Origin: Octopus sinensis | Taxonomy: Eukaryota | Direction of reading: 5' to 3' | Length of the DNA stretch: 64,000 nucleotides | NCBI RefSeq assembly: GCF_006345805.1 | Contig: NC_043013.1 | Location: forward strand, 54,374,001 to 54,438,000 | Shown: piece after piece, positions 39,066-53,240 of the stretch | Position numbering within the stretch: position 1 is the stretch's first letter | Layout of the letters: each line of letters begins with the position of its first letter | Notes under the pieces: model-generated | The model's database searches: none | Told to the model about the DNA's origin: nothing | What the model saw: the letters and a program-made list of their open reading frames with translations, nothing else | Program-made: the position numbers and the translations under genes

Positions 39066-40469
39066 GGTAAACAGTCTTGTAGGATCTGTAAGAGGATCTG
39101 TAAGGATCATGAGCACTGCCTTTCCCTCCAGATTCAGCAAGTAAAAACAAAAAGAAGTACTGAATGCTAATGTAGTTATCACTGCCACCACCACCACCAC
39201 CACCACCACCACCACCACCACTACCACTACTACCAATATCATCATCATCATCAACATCATCATCAATTTACTAGAGGTCATTATGCCATCTCATTTCCTT
39301 ATTTAAAGGGAAAACACTCTTATATTTCTTGACTTCCTGAAATGTTAATGGAAACACATTTGAAGAAATTTTATTTCTTGCCCCTATATCAGGTAATAAC
39401 TGTTGCCATCTATTATTATGGTCTTTTTAAAAGAATCACTTTGTAACAAAGAACGTTTCTACTATTTTGTTCAATATGATAACTTATATTGATGTTCAAA
39501 TAGTGCTTTCTGTATCATAGCTTTATTTCCTACATGTTGCAGTGTTTGTAGTTTTTGACCATGTAGACCTAAAGTGAGTCAGCAGTTTGTTGAATTGCGA
39601 TAACTCCAACTCCAGGAAACTGCGCTATCAAACTTTTGTTTGACTATAATATAACTTTCTATATTTCTATATATAAGTCGGCAGCCTACAAGCTGACAAA
39701 ATCTGGACACAAGTTCCAATACATTATATGTAATTATATTTGTCTCAGTTTACCTTACAAGAGAACATTTTCAAAGTTTTATGGAAAGTTATCTGAGTTT
39801 GGCTAACATTCTAGCCATGTGGTGATTTATCTGTCACCAATTTAACATTAAAGAGACCAAAATCAATACAGGTCTTATGAAGCATATAGGTTTGTGAATA
39901 TATTCAATTTAATAAATACAGGCCTCTCTGCATTCTTGTAATTGAAAGTTGAGGTGACTACAGTTTTGACAGTAGAGTTATCTAACAATGATTATTGCAG
40001 AAATGGCTTGCATATTACTGTTCCTGTGAGGGAAATATTGGACATTCCATACATAAAGCATACATTAAATTGAATTTTTAAACTGCACATTTTTATACAT
40101 ACTTACACTCTGTGTGTAAACATGCACTCAGGCTTTGTTGTGTGGTTAAAAATCTTGCTTCTCAGTCATGTGGTTTGGGTTTCAGTCTCACTGCTTGGTG
40201 CCTTGGGCAAGTTTCTTCTGCTATACAACCAAACTGACCAAACTCTTGTGATGGGACTTGGTAGACAGAAACCGAAAGAAGCTCATCTTGTGTGTGTCCA
40301 TGTCTTCTTGCTTTGACACCACATGCTGATTATACGGATCTGCAGTAATGTGTTGTATGATATGTTTTGCGAGTTCTAATTAGCCATTGCTATAAAATAC
40401 TGTAGTCTGTGAGTGTAGTGAAAGTGTACAGCTGTTGAATTGTAGAACCTGACACTCGGAAACTTATAT

Positions 40470-40585
40470 ACGAGGCGTTGCTGTGAGATCATGGGGCACC
40501 ACATCTCGAGATCAGACCTCAATACTTCATCCCATGTCCTACTGGGTCTCCCACTTCCGAAGGCTCCATCCACTTTGAGCAAACA
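40470..40585 (-). mobile_element. RTE LINE C-terminal fragment
   Basis: LKVDGAFGSGRPSRTWDEVLRSDL, the GRP..TW...V..DL motif at the end of RTE ORFs. Confidence 0.7.
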
Positions 40586-41538
40586 GCACTTCTTTTAAGT
40601 TTGCTCCCCCACTACCTTGCTGCAGGCTCAGCCCCACTGTGTAGTGGTACTGTGAGCAAGTGCTTTTTACTGGAGCCTCTGGCCAACCAAGCTTTGAGTA
40701 GATTTGGCAGATGGAAACAGAGAGAAGCTTGCTGTATCCATCCATCCATCTATCTATAAAATTATAAGGAAAAGGCATAAATAATGGGCTTTATACATTT
40801 ATGTGCGTCTATGCATAGACTTACAGTTGTTTCTGGTATTTTGGGTGAGTTCATCGTTCATTTTACTCGATCAATTAATCAATTGAAGATATAGCTAATA
40901 ACTATTACAGCAACCATTATGAATGTGTATGTGTGTGTGTGCATGTGTGTGTATTAGACACATACATATATGTATGTACACCCATCGAAGCCCTAAGCAC
41001 TTAAAAGATTTTGGTGCCCCATATATATAGAATTCAAAATATAAAAATATAAACTATAAAATAAATCTTAATTTTTCAAACTAAGACAAAAACTAATGTT
41101 TATTTTTGTAAACTTCTACTTTATTTATATTTGCAAAGTCTTTGATCAGATCCTCAAAATTAATCACACGTAACACATCTGATAATTATACTTCTGATCA
41201 TATAAACAATTTGGAATATTATTTTAGCAAATTTTAAGTGGTTTCTTTTGTGCTTTAAACCATTTACCATTTCTGTGGTATCCCCCCCACTTCCCTTGAT
41301 GCCTTAAGCAGATGCTTATTCTGTTTAATGGTTAATCCAGCACTGTCCATCTTTCATGCTGGCATGGGTTGGATAATTTGACCAGGGCTGGAAAGCTAGA
41401 GGACTGCACCAAGCTCCACTGTCCGTTTTGGTATCGCCTGGACAGCTGGAAGCTCTTCATAATGCCAACTGCTTTACAGAGTAGAATGACTTGTGTTAAC
41501 ATGGCACCACCAACGTTTATGTGGAATAGGTCTATCTA

Positions 41539-41578
<40 letters not shown>

Positions 41579-41832
41579 CACATACACACACACACATACA
41601 CTTATATGAATATGTGTGTCTATAAATATATATATGTGTGTGCATGCACATCTGAATTGTAGGTTTCTCTAAGTGTGGCTTACACCTTATCAGATCTTAT
41701 TTAGTTAATATAACCACATCTCCTTATGATGCTAATCCACAGAAGGAATAATTACAAAAAAAGATGTCTCTCATTTTATAAATATACTACCTTGATTCTT
41801 GTTATTCTTTCATCTGAAGCTGCGTGTGTGTC

Positions 41833-41874
<42 letters not shown>

Positions 41875-42542
41875 CATATATACATGTATACGTACATATA
41901 TACATACATATATACATACATGTATATGTACATATATACATATATATTCATAAATACATACATATACACATACATATATATGTGTTTACATACATATGTA
42001 TACATAGATATATATATACACATACATACACGTACATATTTACATGCTAGCATATATGTATTTTAATGTATTTGTTCTTGCATTTAACGCTTACATACAG
42101 ATGTTTGTATATATGTGACTTACCAAACATTTACTACACATTCAGACACAGGGATATTTCCAGTTTACAGTATCCAATTTGTTTATCATGTTGTAAAAGA
42201 CAACACACATACACATGTAGCGGTACACAGATCTGCAGACATGCACAACATTCACACCAACAGACATTGCAATCAATGAAACACAAACAAAACAAACGTA
42301 TAATTGTAGTCTGTTGCTCTTAATTTGACTGCAAGTGAAGTTAAATGAGAATCTAGTCAAGCAAGAAATTGAATAAAAATTCTATTATGATTTTGAATAT
42401 CATTTTCTTTTTTCTTTTTTTTTTATTTCGACAGCACAAATCTTTAATTGGAATTTAGTTTTCGACCATTTTATACCGTGTTAACTATCATGATTTGCTT
42501 TGAAATTTAAAATGAAATTCAATTAGTGAAAGAAACACTTTG

Positions 42543-42595
<53 letters not shown>

Positions 42596-44606
42596 CATAC
42601 ATACATACATACATACACACAAACATATAGATAAATAGATATGTTCTAATTATATTTATGGATAAGTTGCAAACATTTATACATGTGCCTTTCTTTCTCT
42701 CCCTCCCTCCCTCTCTCTCATATATATGCGCGCGTGTGTGTATGTGTACATATGCCCATATGAGGACATATGTAATGACATATATATGTGTGTGTACATG
42801 TGTAATACATGTGTGTGTTTTTATCTATCTATCAATCTGTCTATGCGTGTGTATGTGTGTTTGCATATGTGTGTATGTATATCATATATGTGTAGAAATA
42901 CATATCATTTCCAAAAGCCCCTATCCTCAAAAGAACTCTGAGAAATATGCAGGATATTCACAACCATTAAAGCAATTGACATCAACATAATAATGAATGG
43001 TAAGAAATCTCTCCTGTTCATTATTCGCTGATTTTGAATGAAGAAAGGTGATAACATTTTTGATACTTGTGTGACTGAAGCTAAGGTGTGTGAGTTGGTG
43101 GCATTTGTACAATTTTGCCACACAAAAATACCTTCAACCACATACATACAAAATTGTGTATAAACTGCTACAACTTGGGCAATACTAGGAAAAAGCTGAT
43201 GAAAGCATTTTGGTGGCTAAAATGAAAAGGACCATCGTAACTAATCTACACTTCTGCAGTATTTTACGCTCTTCATTTGATCTTCACATTATAGGTAAGT
43301 ACTCTTTATTTGTAGAGAATTAAATGATAGCATACAAAATACATATAATTATTTCTATGTGTACATATGTGCACAAAGTGTGGCACCTTAGCATGTGTCT
43401 CCTACCACAGCTGCTGGATGAACAAAACTTTGTCAGGGATTTGGTTGATGGAAACTGATAGAAGCTTGTTGTGTGTGTATAGCTCCTTGTCTTGATTGGA
43501 GGCCCTCATTTCCAGTCATCTATAAAAAACTTGTCCAACTATGTGGAAATATTACCCTCCTGCGGAATGGATGTGAGTTGGTGACAGGAAAGCATCTGGC
43601 TGCAGGAAATTTTCTACAAGGAATTCTGTCTGACTCATGCAAGCATGGAAAAAGAGGGCGTCAAAACAATGGTACAAAGTTTTGAACCAGCTTCTATGGA
43701 ATTTAATTACAACTAAGAACAATTATAAGAGAAAGTCAAAGCCCAACAATATATAATAACAGTGTTCTAGTCCTCCACCATATCTCTAATTTCAGGTAAC
43801 TTCTCTTCTAATGAAAAATTAAATGAATACCTATATATCAAGAGAATTCTCACCATCTCCCTTTCAATCATAAAAAAAATAGATATTGTCAGCAATTTTA
43901 CCAAGATAGTATTGATTATATTCTCTTGAAAAAATAAAAAAAGTTGATTTGCACAAATTATAACAAAGTGTTGAGCAAAAGTGGATTTAAAAGAGAAACT
44001 GAAGTGGTTTCACGAATGAAATCCACAAAATAATAAAACCAGAGAAAGAAAATCCATCTGGTTCAATCTGCCCTTTAGCATGAATGTAATAAAGAATATA
44101 ACTAAAAACCTCATAGCAATGATACAAAACAAAAAAAAAAAAATAAAACAAAATAAACCTTTTTTTAATTCTTAACCGCAAGCTTTTTAATAAAATCAAC
44201 ATAAAACTCAGCTACAGGCATTTCGAAAACATTGCCACTGTTGTAGTTTGATGTGATTGTTTTAATTATAGAGTTGTGAACAAGACAGACCAACCCCAAA
44301 AATGTAACACAACACTCTGTACACAGTCGGTGGAATAAGGTCAAGGGCCTCTGAAATGTTTTAGAGTGCAAAGTATTATTCAAAGATGGTACTTAAAAGA
44401 TTGATATCAGGATCAAAGGAATCAAAAATGCTATCTAAAAGAATTTAAATGTAAAAGGAAAAAAAAATATGCCTAACTTTCCTGTTGTATTTACATATTA
44501 ACTATATTAAACATGGAAACTGTTGTAATTTATGCAAAGAACAGTTTAATCCATAAGAAACTACTAGAAACTTCAATGACGATGGTAGTAATGAGAAGAA
44601 AAGATG

Positions 44607-44927
44607 TTTGTTTTGGCACTGGTGCCGGTGGCACATGAAAAACCATTTGAGCGAGGTCATTGTCAGTGCTGCTGGACTGGCTCCTGTGCAGGTGGCATGT
44701 AAAAAACACCATTTGAGCATGGCCGTTGCTGGTACTGCCTGACTGGCCCTCATGCTGGTGGCATGTAAAAAGCACCCACTACACTCTCAGAGTGGTTGGC
44801 ATTAGGAAGGGCATCCAGCTGTAGAAACCCTGCCAGATCAGATTGGAGCCTGGTTCGCCAGTCCTCAGTCAAGCCGTCTAACCCATGCTAGCATAGAAAG
44901 CGGACATTAAACGATGATGATGATGAT
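44607..44927 (+). mobile_element. family C (GAT-tailed) repeat copy with three GGTGGCAC/TG-TAAAAA-CACC modules
   Basis: Homologous to 52655-53240; ends CATTAAACGATGATGATGATG. Confidence 0.85.
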
Positions 44928-46449
44928 CTTTTCTTGCCCTGATAATACAAGACTGTTTCAAGACTTGTAAAGCTACAAATTATCTGGGTCTCTGTGATAA
45001 AGAACTGGGAGTACAAGAATTTCCACTGAATAGGATTTTAATTCATCACAAGGTTAACTCCTTCCGTTGGTTCTTATTTCTGGCTGAGTAGCCTGAGTGA
45101 TATAAAATAAAAACTCTCACACCACCTGGCTTGAGGATTGTACTTATAACCTGACAATTATGGACCCAGCTCCTTAACCATTAAACCCCATGTTTAATGG
45201 TTAAGGCAATAGCTGAAAAGACACTTGTCTTTTTTTTTATTCTCTCTCAAATCAGTTTTGAATTAATGCAGTTTCTCCCAGTTTCCTCCAGTTTTATCAA
45301 CTCATCTGATGTTACAAAACTTCATTTTGATTTTTTTTTTTTTTAATTCTCTGTGAATTGTAATCAAAATTATATTAGCAATCCTGATGAAAAGTGAAAC
45401 TATCACAGACTGAAGTCACCTTAACTGTGATGTTTCATGCATTGTAGAAATTAATAAAATAAAATCTATTCCTATATCGACATTCAATATTGAAACAATA
45501 TCTAGAGTGTAACTATTGCCTGACATTAAGAAAGAAAGCTGACTGATATATATATATATATATAAGTGACTGACTGGTGAAGTCTTTGGAAAGTCTCCAT
45601 AGCTAACTGAATGAATATTGTGCAATAGAATATTTTCATATCTGTTTTCGAATTTGAGTTCATTGTGTGCTGGAAAGTTATATAATTCTGCAATATTGTA
45701 AGTGAAATATCCATCAATGGATTTTCTCATAGAACACGTAACAACGTTAACATGTGTGATAACAGTATGAGGTGGTGTTGGAGTAAACGAGAAATGTTTG
45801 TCTAATTAATCCACTAATGACTCCAATGGACGACAGAATTTGTAGAAGGACCCCTTATAGTATTTAATTACATTCTCATTTATATTAAGTTCAAAGCTAA
45901 TGGGAGAAGGGGCCACCTTTTTGTTCATCCATCCCTGGGTTAATGATATTATATACCAGTCACATTCTGAGGTTGATTTAACCAATACATACAATAGGCA
46001 TCTTTCAGTTGCCTTCTATCAACACTCCTTCACCAAAAATATGTCAATATCAAAAATGTTGCTTTTGAGTTAAAATGTTTCATTTTGAATTCAAATTGTG
46101 CTGAAGTTGATGAAATCTGTACCAGTCAAGTAATGGGGTCAAATTAATGAGCTATATCTCTCCCTGAAATGTGTGCTCATACACGTAAGGCATTAGTGTT
46201 CATTAAAATCATACCTTGCCACTGAATTTGTTGTCATGTGCCTTGGAATACATTTCTATCTTTGAGGATTTAGGCTGGCAGATTAACTGAAGTATTAGAG
46301 CATTGGACAAAATGTGTTGCGACATCTTTGTGAGTTCAAATACAGCCAAAGAGACATGTCTTTCATGCCCTTGGGATCAATAAAATAAAATACCAGTCAA
46401 GGACTAGAGTCGATTTGATTAACCCCTTGCTCTAAAATATCTCTATAAG

Positions 46450-46810
46450 TTAATGCAGACATAAGGTAAGAAGTTTGCTTTCCAGCCACATGGTCTTGGG
46501 TTCAATCACACTGCATGGTACTATGGGCAAGTGATTTCTACTATAGGCTGACCAAAGCCTTGTGAGTAGATGGAAACTGAAAGATTCTCTGTGTGTGTGT
46601 GTGTATCTTTTTTGTGTCTGCCTCCCATTACTGCTTGACAATGTGTGTTGTTATGCCTCATAACAAAGCGGTTCAGCAAAAGAGATTGATAGAATATATA
46701 CTAGGTTTTAAAGAAAAGTATCAGGGTCAATTCATTTGACTAGAAATTCTTTAAGAGTGGTGCTCCAGCATGGCTGCAGTCTCTTGACTGAAACAAGTAA
46801 AAGATAAAAG
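46450..46810 (+). mobile_element. SINE family A copy
   Basis: GGTAAGAAGTTTGC head, GGTTCAATC B box and TGACTGAAACAAGTAAAAGA tail. Confidence 0.75.
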
Positions 46811-48649
46811 AAGTGAAAAACAAAATAGATGTCTATCTCGGGAATTGAACCGGATTCCCTTTGGTTCAAAGATAAATGCTTTGCTTATGTCTGAAATGAA
46901 ATCGCAAAGCTGTTGTAGTCACTGATTTAGTAAAAGCATTAAATTGTGAAGCTGTCCACATTAACAGCAACAGAAGCCACCAACTGTGACGGATGTCAAG
47001 CAGAAAATTAACACCAAACACTGACAGACAGCAGAATGTGTGACATATGTGAATGATGTACAGGTATTTATGGATCTGTGTATTTGCATTACTGCAGAGC
47101 AATAAGCTAACATGATTTATTAGAGTTCAAATGTCAGGTATAATTTACCCTTAAGGACTTAAGGGTAATTTATAAGATGAATCACAGTGGAATTCAAATT
47201 TGTTTCAGTGACATAACTAAACAGAACTTAACTAGAATGTTGGAAGAACATGACATAATCATCACCAGCATCAACAGTATCGTTAGTTATGCCTTCCCAA
47301 TCAGTAACTAATCTATCCTAATATCAATAGACTTAAATCAACTTAGGATATCATCTACTTTTACATAGGTTTCTATCAAAATTCAACATCTCGCATGCCT
47401 GAAGTACGAATGTTAAAAATAACATTTTACATCTTTTGTATTATACACATCTTATTTATGCTTATTTCTATTCAGATACTAATGTGTTATGGTCCCAATG
47501 ATGCTTCTTGGATGTTATTACTGTAGGCATGAATTTAGATTTCTTTAAGAACATTAAACACATTCACAATTCTCAATAAAATAAAAATACTGTAATTTTG
47601 TTTTATTGCCAAACACCTTGCTTTCAAAGTGCAAACTGTCCGTCTGTTTTATCATCATCAGAGTTTAACGTCAACTTTTCCATACTCGCATGGTTCGGAT
47701 GGAATCTAGGAACAGGTTTTCTACAGCCAGATCCCCTTCCTGTTACCAACTCTCACCTGTTCTAAAACAAGGGAATATTTCCCCTTGGAAGACAAGGAGT
47801 GAATATCATTGGTACAATGGTGATAGTCATTTACAGTCATCACGTGATATCAAAACAAGTGTATGCACAACTGCACACATACATACAATAGACATCTTTC
47901 AGTTTCCTTCCATCAAATCCACTCAGAGCCTGAGACTGCTATGGCCTGGGCTGTAGTGGAAGGCTCAAAGCTACATGGTTGAGAAGCAAGCTTCTCTACT
48001 TGTCTGTCCGTCTGTCTCTCTCTCACTTTCTCACTCTTTCTATCTCTCTCTCTCTACACACACACATACATACATATATATAGAGAGAATATAGATTTTA
48101 AATCATTACGCAGAGTAATCCATGATAAAGAATCTTGTGTAACAAAGAAGTTCTTCTTACAACACGGCCAGATGTTGCAACTCATGTCTCTTCAGCACAG
48201 GCTAATAACTGTGTGGACTGCTGGTCTATATACACTGTATACATGGTAGTGGGTTTGGACAAAAGTGCAGTGCAGTGAAATAGATAGTCATAATAATTAT
48301 TATGACTGTGAAAATATAAATACAAATGTAAAAAACAGAAGAAAATGGTTAAAGCAGACAAATACTGGGGAAAAAAAGCAACAGTAAGATTGCAAGGCAC
48401 ATCGAGATAAGATGAAGGCTGTGTTGTGGGAATAAAAATGAAATAAGGAACAAATGAGTATTTGGAAGGGAAAGGGTGGTGGATGGCAGGGTTGGAGTGA
48501 GTGGCAAAGGTTAAAAGGAATTTAAAGAGATTTAAGGCTGTAGGTTAATCAGCGTTTGGATTATATAAGGTACCAGAAATAAGTGAGTGGGTGGGTGGGT
48601 GGGTGTAGCTGGGATGTAGTAGTGTTTTCTCTCTATATACGTATGAACA

Positions 48650-48704
48650 AATATATGTATATATAATACACATATATGTGTGTGTGTATATATATATATG
48701 TATT

Positions 48705-48766
<62 letters not shown>

Positions 48767-48909
48767 CATATATATACATATGTATATATATATATACATA
48801 TATATATACGCACACATATATTTACATATATACACACATACATATATATAAACCCATGGAAAACAGATGCTAAATGATAATGATGTATACGTGTGTGTGT
48901 GTGTGTGTG

Positions 48910-48952
<43 letters not shown>

Positions 48953-48990
48953 TACACACACACACATATATATATATATATACATATACA
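48650..48990. repeat. compound TA/TG/CA microsatellite
   Basis: Directly visible; explains ORFs at 48532-49136. Confidence 0.9.
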
Positions 48991-51200
48991 TTGTATGCAT
49001 TTCATTTCCACCAGCTTCTGTTCTGTCTACCAGATCCACTCACTGGGTTTTGTTCTTCAGTCTGAAACTATTGTGGCACAATTGTAGGCACTTGTGTAAG
49101 GTGTCACACAATGGGGCTGAACCAGAAGTTATGTGATTTGAAAGCAAATTTCTTAACTACACACACACACACACCTGTACATACATGAATACATACATAC
49201 ATATACTAATATATATATATGAAATACAAAAAATATATCTTCAAAATAATCATTGTAGGTAAACAATGCTATATAAAAAATCTATGTTCTTCATTTTTAT
49301 TGTAAAACTAATAATAAAAAAAAAATTAGGTTGCCAAAAAACTTGACAAAACACTTGAAGAATAAAAGGTGTTTATTCTAGTTATGTCATTAATTGCCAT
49401 CTTACACTAATTTAGATTGAACTTTTAAATCTATGAATATTTTCATTGTCTTTTCATATTTTAGGCTTAAAAGGCCTCCTCCTTCTGTTGAATCAAGAGG
49501 GGAAAATACTAACAAAGAAAAACATAACAGAAGAAAAAAAAAGGAAAATTTCCAGAAATCTATATTTTTTCAAATTTCTTTTTTACATGTTTATTTTATA
49601 TTTATTCTTTAAGCAATCTACTCCAAGATTTGTTCATGATTAGAATCAGAATTTTCTCTCATAACAATCGCTTCTCTATTGGAATTGGACATGAATTGCA
49701 GAAATGTCAATAGCAGCGTCTGCAATAACCAATTATATTCTATAGAACTCAATAGGAATGGTCGTCGTTCGTGCTTACAAATTAGAGCAGCGGGATGGAG
49801 ATGCACTGAAGATACCAAAAAAAAAAGAGACGAAAGGTGGGGGAGGGGGAAGCTGTTGTTTATGTCCTCCCCCTCCTCCCCCACCTTTCTTTAAATGTTT
49901 TTTTGCCTGCATTTTAAGAATAATGAGTTTGATCTTTGTTTCCAAATTTCATCATTTTATTTTTAAGAATTTGTGTATTGTTTGGTTGTGTGTGCTGGTG
50001 TATGTGTGTGCATATGTTGGGTATGTGAGAGAGAGAGAGAGAGAGAGAAGTAGGTATGGTTAGATGGTTAAGTAGTTTGCTCCGTAATTATGTATTTCTA
50101 GATTTGATGCCACCACGCAACAACAATTCCTGTTAGTCTTCTACCATTGTCTCAGGTCAACCCAACCCTGTGGAGTGGAATTTGGCAGATGGAATCAGAT
50201 TGGAAGTTTATCAGCAATTCCTCAAAGTGTAGCTTTGCTCCGCATCCCTCACTCCCCATCCATACACACTGCATCAGGTAGAGTCTGCTTATGTGTCTTA
50301 ATTAAGAGTACAGGGTACATGTGAAGTTCTCACCATAACTTTGTGTTCAAAGTATGTTGTATCAAGTGAATACGAAATAAATTTCACAAGGATAGGTCGC
50401 TAGACTATTAGAAGTTAATTTACCCTAACATTAGTTTATCATTAGCTGAAAGCGAATAGGATACTCATTAAATCATGTTGCCTCTTTAAATGGTTCTAAT
50501 ATTGTTATTGTCTTGGTTCAAATCAGTCTTGATCTAGCAGGCAGCTAATCAAAGATGTTCCAACTATGACCTTCCCATTTGTTTTTTGGCCATAGAATAT
50601 CTATAATTATACTAATCTCTCTCAGATCACAATTCTATAATGCAGTTCTCCTTTAAGACAATACAATGTTATTTGTCGGGGACTTGATTACTATTTTCTC
50701 ACAGGTTAAACATACCTCTTTGACTTGTTACATAGAATGTGAACATTTACATCACAGGTGGTAAAATGAGAAAGAAAAAGTAAACAAGAAAACTTCTTTC
50801 ATGCTTAAGTTCTTCATTTGGTGTGTTCTCTCTCATTTTGTTTAAAGTTAAAGAAAGCGCTTTCTGAGTCACACAAGCTTGTAAGGCTGGGTTCTGTAGT
50901 GTAGCTATCCCCACCTTCCTGGATGAAATACTGGATTATAGCAAGAATAATCAGTTTTGGCTGCTGAGTGGACTGGAGCAATGCGAAATGAAGTGCCTTG
51001 CCCAAGAACTCAATGTATCACCCAGTCCAGGAATTGAAACCACAATCTTGTGATTATGAGTCCAGCACTCAAAATACTAAACCACTTGCGGAAAAATATC
51101 GACTAAAACTATCTGAAAATATTATAGGAATAAAGAAGAGAAATGTCACTTTAATACATGTTGGAAATTCTCTTTTAAATTCTCTCTTAAATTATATATA

Positions 51201-51233
<33 letters not shown>

Positions 51234-51284
51234 ATATGTATATATGTATATATGTATGTATGTATGTATGTATATATATATGTA

Positions 51285-51315
<31 letters not shown>

Positions 51316-52289
51316 GTATATATATGCATTTATATTTATATTTGCATTTGTGCATTGCTTAATATATGTCTCTCCTTCTCCTGCTGTTTCTCTCTCTCCC
51401 CCCTCTCTCCATTTTTCTCTCTCCACACACACACACAATCACACACATTTATCCACATATGTCTGAATATACACACCATATAAAACTTATTTGTATACAT
51501 TGAAGATAAACTTACATATTATATTTTATTTAAGTTATTTTATATCTCTGATAAAAAAGTTTATCTCAAAAATTACATCATTAATTTAAACATTATTTTC
51601 TTTTCCAAGATAGTTTTGCCATAAAGTAAGAGATATCATGCAAATATAAAGGAGGCACAAAATAAAGCGAAAAATGGAAAGAGTCGTTGGTGGGATTCTC
51701 TTTTAGAGTTCTTCAGATCTGTTGGAATATGTCGAGGGATTTACTCTGGCAATAATAATTGAGAGAATATGGTTCTATATAATTGTTGAATTGAACTGAT
51801 ATCACTTAGTTCTGCTTTAGTGAGGGAAATGATTTATTCTTTAAATTATTGTGATGGGGTTAAAATTTTTTTTGCAAAAGTATGGAATAATAGCTGACAT
51901 AATGAAAACAAACGTCTGTGATGGATTTTGTCAATAGCAAATATCTGATACTATACAGGTAATTATTACACAAGAGTTTCTATTATACAAGGCTAAAAAG
52001 AAAAAAAGAAACACCAGTTATCATAAATAAAGTTGATAATTAATATTGGTTTCAGGTTTTGGCACAAGGCAGGCAATTTCAGAGGCGGGGATAAGTCAAT
52101 TACATCGACTCCAGTATTCAACTGGCACTTGTTTTATTGACTCTAAAAGGAGCCAAAGCCGACCTCGGCAGAATTTGAACTCAGAATATAAAGAAGGACA
52201 AAACGGTGCTGAACATTTTGCCTGGCATGCTTACAATTCTGCCAGCTCACTGTCTTCAGTTTAAAATTAATGTTAAATGAAGAATGTAA

Positions 52290-52650
52290 TATCTTAACTA
52301 ATCACATTATTATTAATTATCATATAGCCATATATTAATCTTGTCTTATTGTAAACTATGCTTAACCAATCAGTCACTATGCCTGAAATATCATTCAACA
52401 TCTTATCATACAAACATGCCATACAACATGCAACCATGTCTTAATTGTCATTCAACTACATCTTAATTAACATGGAACCATATTTGACTTATCATAAACC
52501 ATATCTTAATATCCAAATAAACAGATCTTACAAATCACAGAATCCGCTTTTAATTAATCAAGTGTGTCAAGCTGCAGCCTTGTCTTAGTCATACAATCAT
52601 GTCTGATTCATCATAAACCACTTCTTTAATAACACAACCATATTTGACCA
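52290..52650 (+). repeat. degenerate ~20-25-bp minisatellite (CATACAACCATATCTTAATTAT-like), resuming at ~53265-53315
   Basis: Recurrent AACCATATCTTAAT / AACCATGTCTTAAT / AACCATATTTGAC words. Confidence 0.55.
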
Positions 52651-52654
52651 AATA

Positions 52655-53240
52655 CGGCACATAAAAAGCACAATTCGGGTGTAATTGTTACCAGTGTTGC
52701 CTTACTGGCACTTGTGCCGGTGGCACATGGAAAAACATTCGAGCGAGGTCATTGCCAGTGCCGCTGGACTGGCTCCTGTGCATGTGGCATGTAAAAAACA
52801 CCATTTGAGCATGGCCGTTGCCAGTACCTATTTCTTTATTACCCACAAGGGGCTAAACACAGAGGGGACAAACAAGGATAGACATAGGTATTAAGTCGAT
52901 TACATCGACCCCAGTGCGTAACTGGTACTTAATTTATCGACCCCGAAAGGATGAAAGGCAAAGTTCACCTCGGCAGAATTTGAACTCACAACGTAGCGAC
53001 AGACGAAATACGGCTACGCATTTCGCCCGGCGTGCTAACGATTCTGCCAGCGCCTGACTGGCCCTCATGCCAGTGGCATGTAAAAGCACCCACTACACTC
53101 TTGGAGTGGCTAGTGTTAGGAAGGGCATCCAGCTGTAGAAACTCTGCTAGATTAGATCGGAACCTGGTGCAGCCATCTGGTTTGCCAGTCCTAGCATAGA
53201 AAGCGGATGTTAAACAATGATGATGATGATGATGATGATA
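52655..53240 (+). mobile_element. family C repeat interrupted by a SINE-D insertion
   Basis: Collinear with 44607-44927 once 52829-53051 is removed; (GAT)n tail at 53218-53239. Confidence 0.85.
52829..53051 (-). mobile_element. young, CpG-rich SINE family D copy nested in the family C element
   Basis: Reverse complement GCTGGCAGAATCGTTAGCACGCCGGGCGAAATGCGTAGCCG...GAGTTCAAATTC...CCTTTCGGGGTCGATAAATTAAGTACCAG...TAATAAAGAAATAGG. Confidence 0.88.

Noticed and set aside
45384-45410. Compact CTGATGA-AAAGT-GAAAC hammerhead-like motif
   Set aside because: No helix I complementarity and no GUH triplet in register.
46830-46895. tRNA-like B box (GGTTCAATTCC on the minus strand)
   Set aside because: No acceptor stem or cloverleaf; likely a SINE or tRNA relic.
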